From Methanothrix sp. (lineage in GTDB: Archaea > Halobacteriota > Methanosarcinia > Methanotrichales > Methanotrichaceae), in contig OY821645.1 of assembly GCA_963682135.1 (NCBI GenBank), forward strand, positions 1,952,001-2,016,000: DNA of 64,000 nucleotides, given 5' to 3'. Numbering within the stretch: the first letter of the stretch is position 1; every line of letters starts with the position of its first letter. The notes beneath the pieces are model-generated. The model did no database searches. It saw only the letters and a list, made by a program, of their open reading frames with translations, and had not been told where the DNA came from. Of the stretch, positions 7,711-17,344 are shown one piece after another. Position numbers and translations under genes: made by a program.

Positions 7711-9465
7711 TTACTCCTTCTTTCCTGGCGTAACCTGGTCGCCGGCATCCTGGAACTTAAGAAGGCCGCTAAGCAATGCGCTCAGCTTATCAGCTATCTG
7801 CCAGCGCGCCACCTTGACCTGCTGCATGCTGTCGCGGTCCCGGATGGTAACCGTGCCCTGCTCGAGAGTATCATAATCTACGGTGACGTCGTATGGTGTG
7901 CCGATCTCATCGTTGCGCCGGTACCTGCGCCCGATCGATCCGGATGTATCATAGTCCACCCGCATGCCGCGCCCCCGCAGCTCCTGCAAGATAGCCCTGG
8001 CCGGATCGGCCAGCTCCTTTCGGTCCATCAAAGGCAAGACAGCCACCTCGATGGGGGCCACCGCCGGCTTGAACCTGAGCACGGCGCGCGTCTCGCCGTC
8101 CACCTCGTCTGCGCAGAAGGAGTGGTCCAGCACGGTGTAAATTATCCTATCGATGCCAAAGGAGGGCTCAATGACGTGAGGTATGACCTCTTCACCTCGA
8201 ATCTCTTCCTCCACACTCTCAAAAGAGACCAGGCTTGCATCAATCTCGATCGTCTCTCCTTCAAGGGTCAAATAGATCTTATCGCCCTTGCTGGCTGCCA
8301 GCTCCTCCGCGGAAAGGGCCTTGAGGGCTTCGCCTACTGCCTTGGCCTTGGCCTTGAACCTGGGACCCAGGGCCTTGAAGTCCGGCTTGACGACCAACTT
8401 CTGGCGTTTCACAGGCTGATCGTAATGCACGAAGACTGCCAGATTGACTTTGCTGGCCTGAGCGTGCGCCACCAGGTCGTAGTCCGTTCTGTCCGCCACG
8501 CCCACAATCTCAATCCAGCCCAACCGGTCCAAAAAGACCTCTGCGTCCCAGCAGTCTGCGGCATAGTGAGCCATCTCATCGGCTTTATGCTGCCGGAAGC
8601 GCAGCTTGTCCGCAGCCACGCCCACCGCCAGGAGGAATTGATAGGTGCGGGCCACGTAGTAGGCCAGGGCCTGGTGGGCCACAATACGCCTTTGCACGGC
8701 CTCGGCAAAGGTCATCTCCTCCTCCTCGCCTTTCTCCTGAGCCGCCTGAGAGTAGAACTTCATCTTGATATCCGCGATCTCGGCAAAGCGGGGGTGGCTC
8801 TTGTCCCTCGGATCGATGAATATCTCCGCCTCGGCCTGAGTGAACTCCCGCAGCCTGATCACACCCTGGCGGGGCGAGATCTCGTTTCGGAAGGATTTGC
8901 CGATCTGCACCGCGGCAAAGGGCAGAGAATCGCGGAAGTAGCGCAGGAGCCGGGGGAAGTTGATGAACATGCCCTGCGCCGTCTCCGGTCGCAAATAGCC
9001 GGTCATCTTGTTTCCCGGACCGATCATGGTCTTGAACATGAGATTAAACTCATATACTTGAGATAGCTCTCCGCCGCACTCCGGGCAGCCTATTTCGTTG
9101 TCCTGGATGCATTTGTAGATCTCCTCGTTGCTCAGTGCATCAGGCACCTCGATGATGTGCTTGATGAGGTGATCGGCCCGGTAGACCTCTTTGCACTCCT
9201 TGCAACTGGTAAGCGGATCGGAAAAGCCGCTCAAGTGGCCGGAGGCCTGGTAGATGCCTTCCACGCCGATGGTGGGCGCCTCGATCTCTGCAAACCCTTC
9301 AGAGATGACAAAGTACTGCCGCCAGATGTCTTCAATGCGCCTCTTGAGGGGCGCGCCCAGTGGGCCGTAATCGTAAAAACCTGCTGCTCCGCCATAAAGC
9401 TCAAAGGCGGGCCAGAGAAAGCCGCGCCTCCTGGCGAGTTCGTTTACCAACTCATTCTTGTCCAT
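7711..9465 (-). CDS. glyS: Glycine--tRNA ligase (archaeal/eukaryotic type)
   Basis: GFYDYGPLG, YLRPETAQG, FRNEISPRQG, EPSFGIDR and SIGRRYRR. Confidence 0.97.
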   Translation of the reverse strand: MDKNELVNELARRRGFLWPAFELYGGAAGFYDYGPLGAPLKRRIEDIWRQYFVISEGFAEIEAPTIGVEGIYQASGHLSGFSDPLTSCKECKEVYRADHLIKHIIEVPDALSNEEIYKCIQDNEIGCPECGGELSQVYEFNLMFKTMIGPGNKMTGYLRPETAQGMFINFPRLLRYFRDSLPFAAVQIGKSFRNEISPRQGVIRLREFTQAEAEIFIDPRDKSHPRFAEIADIKMKFYSQAAQEKGEEEEMTFAEAVQRRIVAHQALAYYVARTYQFLLAVGVAADKLRFRQHKADEMAHYAADCWDAEVFLDRLGWIEIVGVADRTDYDLVAHAQASKVNLAVFVHYDQPVKRQKLVVKPDFKALGPRFKAKAKAVGEALKALSAEELAASKGDKIYLTLEGETIEIDASLVSFESVEEEIRGEEVIPHVIEPSFGIDRIIYTVLDHSFCADEVDGETRAVLRFKPAVAPIEVAVLPLMDRKELADPARAILQELRGRGMRVDYDTSGSIGRRYRRNDEIGTPYDVTVDYDTLEQGTVTIRDRDSMQQVKVARWQIADKLSALLSGLLKFQDAGDQVTPGKKE

Positions 9466-9564
9466 GCCAATCCTCGCTATGATTTTAGAGAACCGGCGGT
9501 GATTTAATCTTTGTTATGGAAAAAATAGATCTCGTGAAGGCATAATTGCTGGTGAAACAGTGCC

Positions 9565-9762
9565 TCAGCCGGATGCTGAGACTGCCAGCAGCATCCCGAA
9601 GGCAATAGTAACGCTGCAAAGAAGAATTATGTCGCCATACTTGTTGTGCAACAACTCCTTCAGGCCGGATAGTATGCAGCCATCGTCTTCATATCCATCC
9701 TCTTGGTTCTCCCCCAAGACACCATTCATCCTTTGCATGTAACATACCTGGCCTTCTATCAT
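9565..9762 (-). CDS. Small hypothetical protein with C-terminal TM helix
   Basis: 65-aa ORF with a hydrophobic C-terminus. No recognised family. Confidence 0.35.
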   Translation of the reverse strand: MIEGQVCYMQRMNGVLGENQEDGYEDDGCILSGLKELLHNKYGDIILLCSVTIAFGMLLAVSASG

Positions 9763-9985
9763 TTAAGTAGCTATTTTTCACATTGACGTGTTATGAGGAC
9801 TTAGATACGTATCTTGGATCATATGAATGCCATATTAGATTTATGTTGGCAATAATTGAGAGAATATTTCTTAAATTATTACTAGTTAGGTAATAGCATG
9901 CGGCAATTGTTGGAGAAAGACGCACAATTTCGGTCTTTGCCTATCAAAAATGAATCATCCGGCGGGTTCATCGGCCCACCGGATC

Positions 9986-10573
9986 TCACTCAATCTTGAC
10001 CTCTTTTCCCTTTCGCTTCTCTTTCTTGTCCAGCTCCAGTGTCAGGACGCCGTTCTTATAGGAGGCTTTAGCGCTGTCTGCATCGACAGCAGAGTCGAGA
10101 TAGATCATCTTGTAGAAACTTTTATCGTCATCGGTCTTGATTTCTACACTGTCCTCGGCCACATCCAATTTTACCTTGTCCTTGTCCACGCCGGGCAGCT
10201 CCACGAAGATCCTGTACCTCTCCGTCTCATTCATGACATCAACCAGCGGTTCTCGCCCCCGGCTGGGCTCGATGCCCCGGTGAGAAGGCTTGATGTTGCC
10301 AAACTCGCTGAAGACCGGCTCCTTTCCCGGCTCTGCCGTATAGCTGAAGCCGTAGACAAAGGGGCCGTATCGCCTGGATACTCCACCAGGTGTCTCCTCC
10401 TCGCGCACGAAGGTATTGAACTCGGCAGGCATATCCTCCTCGAACCTCTTGATCATATCCTCAAATGGCCCTTTGAACCAATCATCCTCGAATCTATCCT
10501 TTTTCTCAAATGGAAAGCCCTTGGCAAAGCTCTCGAATATATCGAATATCGACGGATACTTTTTATCCCACAT
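9986..10573 (-). CDS. hsp20: Archaeal small heat shock protein Hsp20
   Basis: GPFVYGFS, REPLVDV, ELPGV and ASYKNGVLTL. AAGGTGA RBS upstream. Confidence 0.95.
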   Translation of the reverse strand: MWDKKYPSIFDIFESFAKGFPFEKKDRFEDDWFKGPFEDMIKRFEEDMPAEFNTFVREEETPGGVSRRYGPFVYGFSYTAEPGKEPVFSEFGNIKPSHRGIEPSRGREPLVDVMNETERYRIFVELPGVDKDKVKLDVAEDSVEIKTDDDKSFYKMIYLDSAVDADSAKASYKNGVLTLELDKKEKRKGKEVKIE

Positions 10574-10603
10574 TTCATGTCACCTTACGATTACTTATCT
10601 ATA

Positions 10604-10633
10604 CTAACCATACGTTAGTGATAGGATATAAAT
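10604..10633 (-). promoter_or_regulatory. HSR1-type heat-shock repressor site (CTAAC-N5-GTTAG) just downstream of the hsp20 TATA box
   Basis: Exact CTAAC-CATAC-GTTAG at 10604-10618, with minus-strand TTTATAT at ~10626-10633. Confidence 0.75.
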
Positions 10634-11287
10634 TTTTGCTTCAGACGATTGAACTATTCCGAAAAAATATGCTCTGAAACACAAAATGCAGGTAAAAAGA
10701 AGGTGAGAAAAAACGCTGATCCACAGCGCCCTCCTCAGAGGAACCAAGCCGCTAAATTGCAGCCGTCTCATCTCACCTGGAGCCAATGCGTGATTTATTG
10801 GCCAGGCAGCACTGGAATTTTAGCACAGCGCCCGTTTTAAGGGGACCCGATCATCGTTCGATGGGGGGCCTGGCTCCGGCCTTTTCACCACACATTCCTG
10901 CGCCGCGTTTCCCTCACATATTTGATACATGGCGATGTTGGCATTGCACCTGAAGAGGTGATTTTCGCCACTGCCGAAGACCTACGCCGAAATTTGCGTG
11001 GCGCCTTCCGACACCGGGATTCTCGATCAATCCGAGACAAAGGATGAATATATCACCCTGCTACCCGAATGATCGGTCGGACAGACTTAATCGGCCAATG
11101 AATCTTGCCTTTTGGGAACGACACGCGACAAATACCTATTTATTCATTATAGATATATCTAGTTTTCGGGACTACACAGGACTACACAGGCTGCATGGCA
11201 ACGCAAACATGGAAATCTTAAATAGGAACGAGGACGATAGAGGATAGTTGTAATAGTCAGGGCTACTGAGAGCCAGGATGTGAATTC

Positions 11288-11614
11288 ATGATAGACGGCC
11301 TAGTTCAATTTGAGGCAAATATCCAAAGCTTCAGGAGTATCAGATCGAGGGTGATCTGGCCAGACTCGGAGAGCCCCTGGATTGAAGGTGGAATAGAGGA
11401 TCTTATGGTTCATTTCACCTATGCCAGCTGGACCGCCTACAATCTGGGATGCGCTCTGTCCATGGCTCTATCCAGCAAAGAAGAGGATATTGGACGCACC
11501 ATCTCGGAGATGATGACCAGGATGATCTCCTCAATGGGTGCGATTCAATTAGCGGAAATCCGCCTCACACCTGATGCAATGGACGAGCTGAAGAGAAATC
11601 ACCTCGAACCCTGA
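11288..11614 (+). CDS. Hypothetical protein
   Basis: 108-aa ATG-initiated ORF with plausible composition. No motif recognised. Confidence 0.55.
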   Translation: MIDGLVQFEANIQSFRSIRSRVIWPDSESPWIEGGIEDLMVHFTYASWTAYNLGCALSMALSSKEEDIGRTISEMMTRMISSMGAIQLAEIRLTPDAMDELKRNHLEP

Positions 11615-11710
11615 AACACATTTTCAAATTGACTCTTTTCTTAAGGCACATAAGCCCGCTAAGACATGCGAAAAGGAGAATGATATTCAAAATCATGGTT
11701 TATTGAAAAG

Positions 11711-11783
11711 TAGCCCGGCCGGGATTCGAACCTGGGTGGGGAGGTCCAGAGCCTCCTGTGATTGACCGCTACACTACCGGGCT
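11711..11783 (-). tRNA. tRNA-Gln (CTG)
   Basis: AGCCCGG/CCGGGCT acceptor stem, GGAGG-CT-CTG-GA-CCTCC anticodon arm, TTCGAAT T-loop. Confidence 0.95.
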
Positions 11784-11816
11784 TCGCCACTATCCTTGCA
11801 GCAGGTAGTTATTAAT

Positions 11817-12494
11817 CTATCGATCGACCGGCCCTTCTGCCTCAGGGCAGCTGAGGAGCACCACCTGACCGTCTTCGCCAAGCCTGCCTTCACGGGAAAG
11901 ATCCTCTTTAGTCAAGATCAGTCTCTCCTGCGGCTTTACTGACACCCTGCCTTTGAGAAAATCGTCTATCGGATCGAGCTCAAACCCTAAAGCCGGAGTT
12001 TTATAGTGCATGGGCACAGTCACCGCCGGATGCAATTGTCTCATCACCTTGTTCGCGCCGACTGCATCGATGGTATATCTTCCACCAACAGGCAAAAAGA
12101 GCAGGTCCACCGGGCCTATCGCCTTTACCTGTGCTCGACTCAGAGTATGCCCCAGATCGCCCAGGTGACAGACACGAATGCCGTCCAGCGAGAAACAGAA
12201 GATGGTGTTGGTGCCTCGCAGCTTTCCTCTTTGTGCATCATGGTATGACTCTATGCCCCGGATCTTTATTTCCCTGGATGTGTATTCGCCAGGTCCGAAG
12301 ATCACATCCGCTTCGCTTCCAGCTGCGTCGACATTGTTGTGATCCAGGTGATCGTGGCTGATAACTACAATGTCCGCCCTGGTTTCTGGCATGACGTAGC
12401 CCACCTCGCTCTCGTGAAACGGATCAAGCAGCACGAAAAGACCTTCGTTGCTCTTTAGGAAGAAGCAGGAGTGTCCCAGCCAGGTGACAATCAT
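11817..12494 (-). CDS. MBL-fold metallo-hydrolase
   Basis: WLGHSCF, SHDHLDH, HLGDLG and PMHY. Confidence 0.9.
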   Translation of the reverse strand: MIVTWLGHSCFFLKSNEGLFVLLDPFHESEVGYVMPETRADIVVISHDHLDHNNVDAAGSEADVIFGPGEYTSREIKIRGIESYHDAQRGKLRGTNTIFCFSLDGIRVCHLGDLGHTLSRAQVKAIGPVDLLFLPVGGRYTIDAVGANKVMRQLHPAVTVPMHYKTPALGFELDPIDDFLKGRVSVKPQERLILTKEDLSREGRLGEDGQVVLLSCPEAEGPVDR

Positions 12495-12515
12495 GGGCGC
12501 AAATAATCGCTCTGG

Positions 12516-13550
12516 CTAAAAATCCTTGTCGATTCGAGCATCGATCACGACATGAACTACACCGGGAGAGAACTTTTTGACCAGCACATGACTTAGGATC
12601 TCAGCCCGACAGCCTAATGCCGCTGCCGCCTGCGTAACATCCCTGATGGCTGCGGCGGGATACATGCTGGAGGGGATGGTCTGATGGTAATGCAGTATGC
12701 CGCCCGGCTTCAGAGCGGAAATTCCCTTTTGCAGATATTGGTCGGTTACCTGGACCATGCCCATCACCACTCTATCGGCCACGGCATCAGGAGTCACCTT
12801 CGCGCAGTCTCCTAGGACCGGCTCCACGATATCTTCCACATGGTTTTGCCGGATATTCTGGCAGAGATAATGGTAAGCGTTGGGATTCAACTCAATGGCC
12901 ATGATCTTTCTGGGACGGGAATGGACGGCCATAGGAAGGGTGAAGTAACCAATTCCGGCAAACATGTCCACGACATACTCGTCCTTGCCGAAATAGCTCA
13001 TTCTTATGCGCTCCATAAGGTTTCCAGGTGAGAACATCACCAGCTTCGCATCCAGATTGAAGACTACTCTATTTTCTTTATGCATCGTCTGGGTTTTATC
13101 GCCGACGATAACCCTTCTTACGGGTTCGCGAAAGGGTCCCGCGATTCCCTCGTCAGCCAAAACCGTGCAGCAGCGAGGATAAAAGTCTAAAAGAGCCTGG
13201 CCGATAAGGTGCTCATAAGCCCTGAGGTCAGGATGGATCTTGACTACTATTATGTCGCCCAGCAAGAACCAGCCGCGCGGAATAAGATGAGCGCATTCTT
13301 CGGGAATCTTTCCCTGCAAGGCATGGAAGAGATCCGGTGCTTTCCTGTAAAAGGCTGGCTCTTCTTGCATGACGAACTCATAACCGGAGATAGATCGGAT
13401 GACGGGAATCTCTACATGGCTTTGTCTCTTTATTATCTTGCGGCTCTTATCAAAAACGCCGAGAGAGACTACCCTTTTTAAAGACTCATCAGCATCCTTA
13501 TTATTGGCTATTACTGCCAGTCTATTTTTTGGGGGTGTAGCTCTGCTCAA
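12516..13550 (-). CDS. Trm5/TYW2 (Met-10+) family SAM-dependent tRNA-modifying enzyme
   Basis: HKEN, VMFSPGN..ER, DMFAGIGYFTLP, IELNP and VKKFSPGV.HVV.D. Confidence 0.85.
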   Translation of the reverse strand: MSRATPPKNRLAVIANNKDADESLKRVVSLGVFDKSRKIIKRQSHVEIPVIRSISGYEFVMQEEPAFYRKAPDLFHALQGKIPEECAHLIPRGWFLLGDIIVVKIHPDLRAYEHLIGQALLDFYPRCCTVLADEGIAGPFREPVRRVIVGDKTQTMHKENRVVFNLDAKLVMFSPGNLMERIRMSYFGKDEYVVDMFAGIGYFTLPMAVHSRPRKIMAIELNPNAYHYLCQNIRQNHVEDIVEPVLGDCAKVTPDAVADRVVMGMVQVTDQYLQKGISALKPGGILHYHQTIPSSMYPAAAIRDVTQAAAALGCRAEILSHVLVKKFSPGVVHVVIDARIDKDF

Positions 13551-14736
13551 AGCTTACCCCTTCTCGGGTCAGGTTGAACATCAAGACTGATGTCTCATTC
13601 TTGCTTGTGACAGTTGACGGCAGTCCGTGAACAATCAGGTTGGCGTCGAAGCCTTCCGGGGCATAGAAGCTGAGGCCGACGGGAATTGTTGTCCAGTTGC
13701 CCTGCAGATATATCTTCACGCTGGCGTCTCCCGTGGAGTTCATTCGGACCAGAGTATTCTCTCCATGTGAAATAGTCACAATTCCACCTCTAGCACTGAT
13801 GCTCTGGTCGATATTCTGGGGTAGAGCTATCTCCATATCATTGGCCATTCCCTCAGGGTTGGTGATATTCAAGCCAAGATAGCTTTCGTTGCTGGAATTG
13901 GAGAGATTTGCGGAATATGAGACCAGGAACGTTGGCGGTAGCGGCTCCTCTACCAGCGTTGGACCATACATGAATAGAACAGCAAAAAGTGCCAGCAATA
14001 TAGCTGCGCCAACCAATGTGATCTTTTTTGGCGGCATTGCCATCTTCTTCTTGGCCATTAGCGGCGTCTCAAGCTTTTTTGTCAGGGGTGGGACTGCCGC
14101 TGCAATTTTTGGTTCGATCTCTCTGTTGGGTACCGCATCTGACATTTCCGGTGCAGGTGAGATCTCCTCGAAAGTCTCCGGTATGTGTTGAGGATAAGAC
14201 GGTGGTTTTGCTTCTGCTAACTTATCTTCGGTCCTATCTTCAGCAATTGTGGGTGCTTCTTCTACTGCTTCAATCACTCTTGATGTTACAGGCTCGCTCT
14301 CTTCGATCGGCATAGGGCTGTCAGGGATAGGTGCCGTCTTCCTTCGCGTGGGCAGCACCACTGTCCCCTCATCGAAGTTCAGGATCAGATCGGTATAGGT
14401 CCCGGTAACATCCGCGAACCTGAGTGCCCGCGGGACCAGGTAGGAGACGCCGGATATCTTGACCTCTTCGAAGAACTCGGTATTCTTCATCAAACGATCC
14501 TTGAAGGCGTAAACCGCCCCGCTTTCCATCTTTGCGTCTATCTCGCTGAGACTTGGGAAGCGGTCCTCCTGCGCGGCCAGCTCTTTGGTGGCCACAACAT
14601 AGGCTTCGAAGAAAACACGACTCATTCTGTTGAGTCGATTGGTGTAGCGCCTATCGAAGAGAAAGGAGAAACCAACTCCATTGAGCTTCAAGCTCTCTTC
14701 TCGCGAATGCCGCCAGGCTGAGAAAGAGACGTCCAT
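13522..14736 (-). CDS. Hypothetical single-pass membrane protein
   Basis: N-terminal domain, Pro/Glu linker, TM helix (ITLVGAAILLALFAVLFM) and a sequon-rich C-terminal domain. Confidence 0.7.
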   Translation of the reverse strand: MDVSFSAWRHSREESLKLNGVGFSFLFDRRYTNRLNRMSRVFFEAYVVATKELAAQEDRFPSLSEIDAKMESGAVYAFKDRLMKNTEFFEEVKISGVSYLVPRALRFADVTGTYTDLILNFDEGTVVLPTRRKTAPIPDSPMPIEESEPVTSRVIEAVEEAPTIAEDRTEDKLAEAKPPSYPQHIPETFEEISPAPEMSDAVPNREIEPKIAAAVPPLTKKLETPLMAKKKMAMPPKKITLVGAAILLALFAVLFMYGPTLVEEPLPPTFLVSYSANLSNSSNESYLGLNITNPEGMANDMEIALPQNIDQSISARGGIVTISHGENTLVRMNSTGDASVKIYLQGNWTTIPVGLSFYAPEGFDANLIVHGLPSTVTSKNETSVLMFNLTREGVSFEQSYTPKK

Positions 14737-14898
14737 TAGAGGATGATATCACCAAACCAAATAAGTATTTTATGTATGGAACGCAAGCGAAGGATGGGCG
14801 ATTTGACCTGAAACGAGCATCAAGGCCGCGAATAGATCTCATATCAATCTCGTATGACAGGTATCTTTAAATCTCGCAGGCTGAACAATAGGGATCTA

Positions 14899-15483
14899 AT
14901 GAAGCATTTGGGATTGGGGCACATTCTTCTGCTCATTGGGGTGGGGCTATTATTGGGACAGGCGACTGCTGAGCTTACGGCCTTTCAGAATCTGGCACCA
15001 TCATCGGCGAATGTTGGGCAGATGGTGACTGTAACCGTATCGCTTACCTACAATGGACAGACTCCCACACAGGCTGTGGTCACGCCCAGTCTTCCTTATG
15101 GAGTTGTCGCGAACGCAGGCGGCCAGAGCACAGATTTGTACCCTGGTGTCACGCAACAGATCCGTTACCCACTCACAGCACAGCAGAGCGGGTCTTACTG
15201 GATCGTTTCTGAGATCTCCTATGCAGAAGATGGTACCTGGCGCAATCTTCGACTGGAAGCGCCATTCACAGCTACGGATTCTGCTGTGACCGAGCCCCAG
15301 CAAACGCCACAAGCGCCTACACCCGGAATAGGAGAAGATGGATCAAACCCCCCCGCAATGCCACCAGACGGCGGTCTGCCTGACGGAAAGCCGCCGGGAA
15401 ATATGCAACCACCTGGCAATCAAGATGAGAATACGCCTGCACAGGGAGAAGGAGCGACAGAACCCGAGACAAATACCACGTGA
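14899..15483 (+). CDS. Secreted Ig-like domain protein with Pro-rich tail
   Basis: Signal peptide MKHLGLGHILLLIGVGLLLG, beta-sandwich-like VGQMVTVTVSLTY and a low-complexity tail. Confidence 0.7.
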   Translation: MKHLGLGHILLLIGVGLLLGQATAELTAFQNLAPSSANVGQMVTVTVSLTYNGQTPTQAVVTPSLPYGVVANAGGQSTDLYPGVTQQIRYPLTAQQSGSYWIVSEISYAEDGTWRNLRLEAPFTATDSAVTEPQQTPQAPTPGIGEDGSNPPAMPPDGGLPDGKPPGNMQPPGNQDENTPAQGEGATEPETNTT

Positions 15484-15515
15484 GGTTTGTCTTTTTCCTA
15501 AAAAAGTTGGTTCTT

Positions 15516-16082
15516 TTATTTGTTTCCAGTTGTTTTATATTTACCAATATCCAGATCGTCGCGAGTAAAAAGCGCTTGCAGAATTAATCCTCGTGCTTCT
15601 ATGGCCTCTCTACCACCCTCCTGGCGGTCCAGTATGGTAAGTGCTTGCACTGGCTGATAACCTGCGGCCTTTATGCGGTCGATGGCTCTAATAAGAGATG
15701 CTCCCGAGGTGACCACGTCCTCCACCACCGCGACCATTGCACCTTCTTGCAGAGCCGGACCCTCCACATAGCTCATGGTTCCATGCTTCTTGGGCTCTTT
15801 TCGCACAATCAGGCCCGATAAGCCTCTCTTTTGAATATGGCTTAGAACCGAGATGGAGGATACAATGGGGTCCGCACCCAGGGTAAGACCGGCCACCGCA
15901 GAGACCTTTGGCCCGATCATCTCCAGCATGAGATGGCCGGTAAGGTAGGCCCCCTCCGGGCTTAAGGTTACGCGCTTGCAGTCCATATAATAATCGCTGA
16001 TTTTACCAGAGGACAGGGTAACCGGCCTCACCTCAAGGGACTTGTCCTTGAGCAACTCCAAGAGCCTCTCTTTATCATTCAC
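15516..16082 (-). CDS. pyrE: Orotate phosphoribosyltransferase
   Basis: LSSGK.SDYY.D, VRKEPKKHG and VVEDVVTSGAS. Confidence 0.95.
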   Translation of the reverse strand: MNDKERLLELLKDKSLEVRPVTLSSGKISDYYMDCKRVTLSPEGAYLTGHLMLEMIGPKVSAVAGLTLGADPIVSSISVLSHIQKRGLSGLIVRKEPKKHGTMSYVEGPALQEGAMVAVVEDVVTSGASLIRAIDRIKAAGYQPVQALTILDRQEGGREAIEARGLILQALFTRDDLDIGKYKTTGNK

Positions 16083-16085
16083 TCT

Positions 16086-16895
16086 TTATCGCCCTCTTTT
16101 GTAGGAATCGCATTGGTGATAATTCTTGCGACTTTGCGGGGCTTTCTTTGCGCCGCTTTTAATTTCCGCCAGGGTGCCAAGGTCGGTTCCGTCCAGCAGA
16201 TAGAGACGCGCGTTCTCCCAGTCTGCCATATTTAAGAGCGGCCCGCGCATCTCCTCGACCGGCTCGTTGAGGGGCAGTCCGCCGCAAAGATGGTTGAAGG
16301 CAGGGGCGATTATGATCTCGCTATCCCTGGCAAAACCGTAATGCTCTTGCATTGCGCGACTTAATAGCCGCGTCTTTGCCCAAACAGAGCGAGAAGAAGA
16401 GTGGCCCAGAGGGTCTTGGAGCCTTATTGCCGGATGCAGGTGCCCCGTCACCAGGCTTTTCGCGCGCACAACCTTCTCGTCCGGCCAGGTGTGACCGTGG
16501 AAATAGCCCACGCCGTCCAGCACAAAGCCGGAAGACGAACGCACCCGCGCCCCCAGAGGAACCATGTCTGCCAGGTTGCTGTCATGATTTCCCGGTACTA
16601 TCTCCACTGCGGCCCGATCGCAAAGCCGGCGCAGGAATTCGGGGATCTCCCGCTTCTCCTGCCAGCTCGTCCTGGGAACGTTATGTTTTATGTCTCCTAA
16701 AAGCAGGAGCCGGTCCGGTTTAATCTCCTCCAAAAAGCCCAATAGCATTGCCAGGATCTTCTCGGTCTGGCTGGGAATGGAAACGCCCCCCAGCCACAGT
16801 TCATGCTCCAGGCCCAGGTGAAGATCAGCCGCCACGAGGACGCGCTCATCTCCCTCCACCAGGAGAAGGGGCGCATCAAAGACGGGCGAGATCAA
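16086..16895 (-). CDS. Metallophosphoesterase
   Basis: ADLHLG, LGDIKH, GNHD, HGH and GHLHP. Likely TTG start overlapping the upstream TGA. Confidence 0.85.
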   Translation of the reverse strand: MISPVFDAPLLLVEGDERVLVAADLHLGLEHELWLGGVSIPSQTEKILAMLLGFLEEIKPDRLLLLGDIKHNVPRTSWQEKREIPEFLRRLCDRAAVEIVPGNHDSNLADMVPLGARVRSSSGFVLDGVGYFHGHTWPDEKVVRAKSLVTGHLHPAIRLQDPLGHSSSRSVWAKTRLLSRAMQEHYGFARDSEIIIAPAFNHLCGGLPLNEPVEEMRGPLLNMADWENARLYLLDGTDLGTLAEIKSGAKKAPQSRKNYHQCDSYKRGR

Positions 16896-17308
16896 TCGAG
16901 AAGCCTCAGGAGATCCGCTACCAGCTCTTGCAGGCCTCCGGCCACGGCCTGGCAGGAGCACTCGATCATAAGGTTAACCCGAGAATTGTCCGTCTCACCG
17001 GCACGGCGAAAGTCGGTTCTCAGTCCCAGTATTTTTTTTCCCTGCATGAAGAAGTAGCCGATCTCCCAGGCGGTGCCGTCGTCCACCTGAGAGCCGTCAA
17101 GCAATGCCACCATGACCTCGCATTCATTTAAGGCCTGCAAATTGGCCTGGAAGATTTGCTCGGCCGTTGCCCGGCAGGAGATGAGCTCATGGGGCCAGAG
17201 GATCTGGACGCCATCCAGTCTGTCCTCCAAGAACCTCTTGACACGCTCACCCCAGGCGATCTCGCCCCGCGAGAAGAGCGGACCGGAAAGGTAGATCTTG
17301 TGCCCCAT
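16892..17308 (-). CDS. Nucleoside 2-deoxyribosyltransferase family protein
   Basis: KIYLSGPLF, DDGTAWEIGY, RTDFR and VNLMI. Confidence 0.88.
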   Translation of the reverse strand: MGHKIYLSGPLFSRGEIAWGERVKRFLEDRLDGVQILWPHELISCRATAEQIFQANLQALNECEVMVALLDGSQVDDGTAWEIGYFFMQGKKILGLRTDFRRAGETDNSRVNLMIECSCQAVAGGLQELVADLLRLLD

Positions 17309-17344
17309 GTAGCCATTGTCACCTATGCCCTTGTCACCTTTTCA

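Noticed and set aside
10650-11280. Long intergenic region upstream of hsp20 as a possible ncRNA or pseudogene
   Set aside because: I could not identify a convincing structure, RNA family motif or protein homology by eye.
11711-11783. tRNA-Gln as an integration site, and the A-C mismatch in its T-stem
   Set aside because: No duplicated 3' end or integrase in the window. A single stem mismatch is not evidence of editing.
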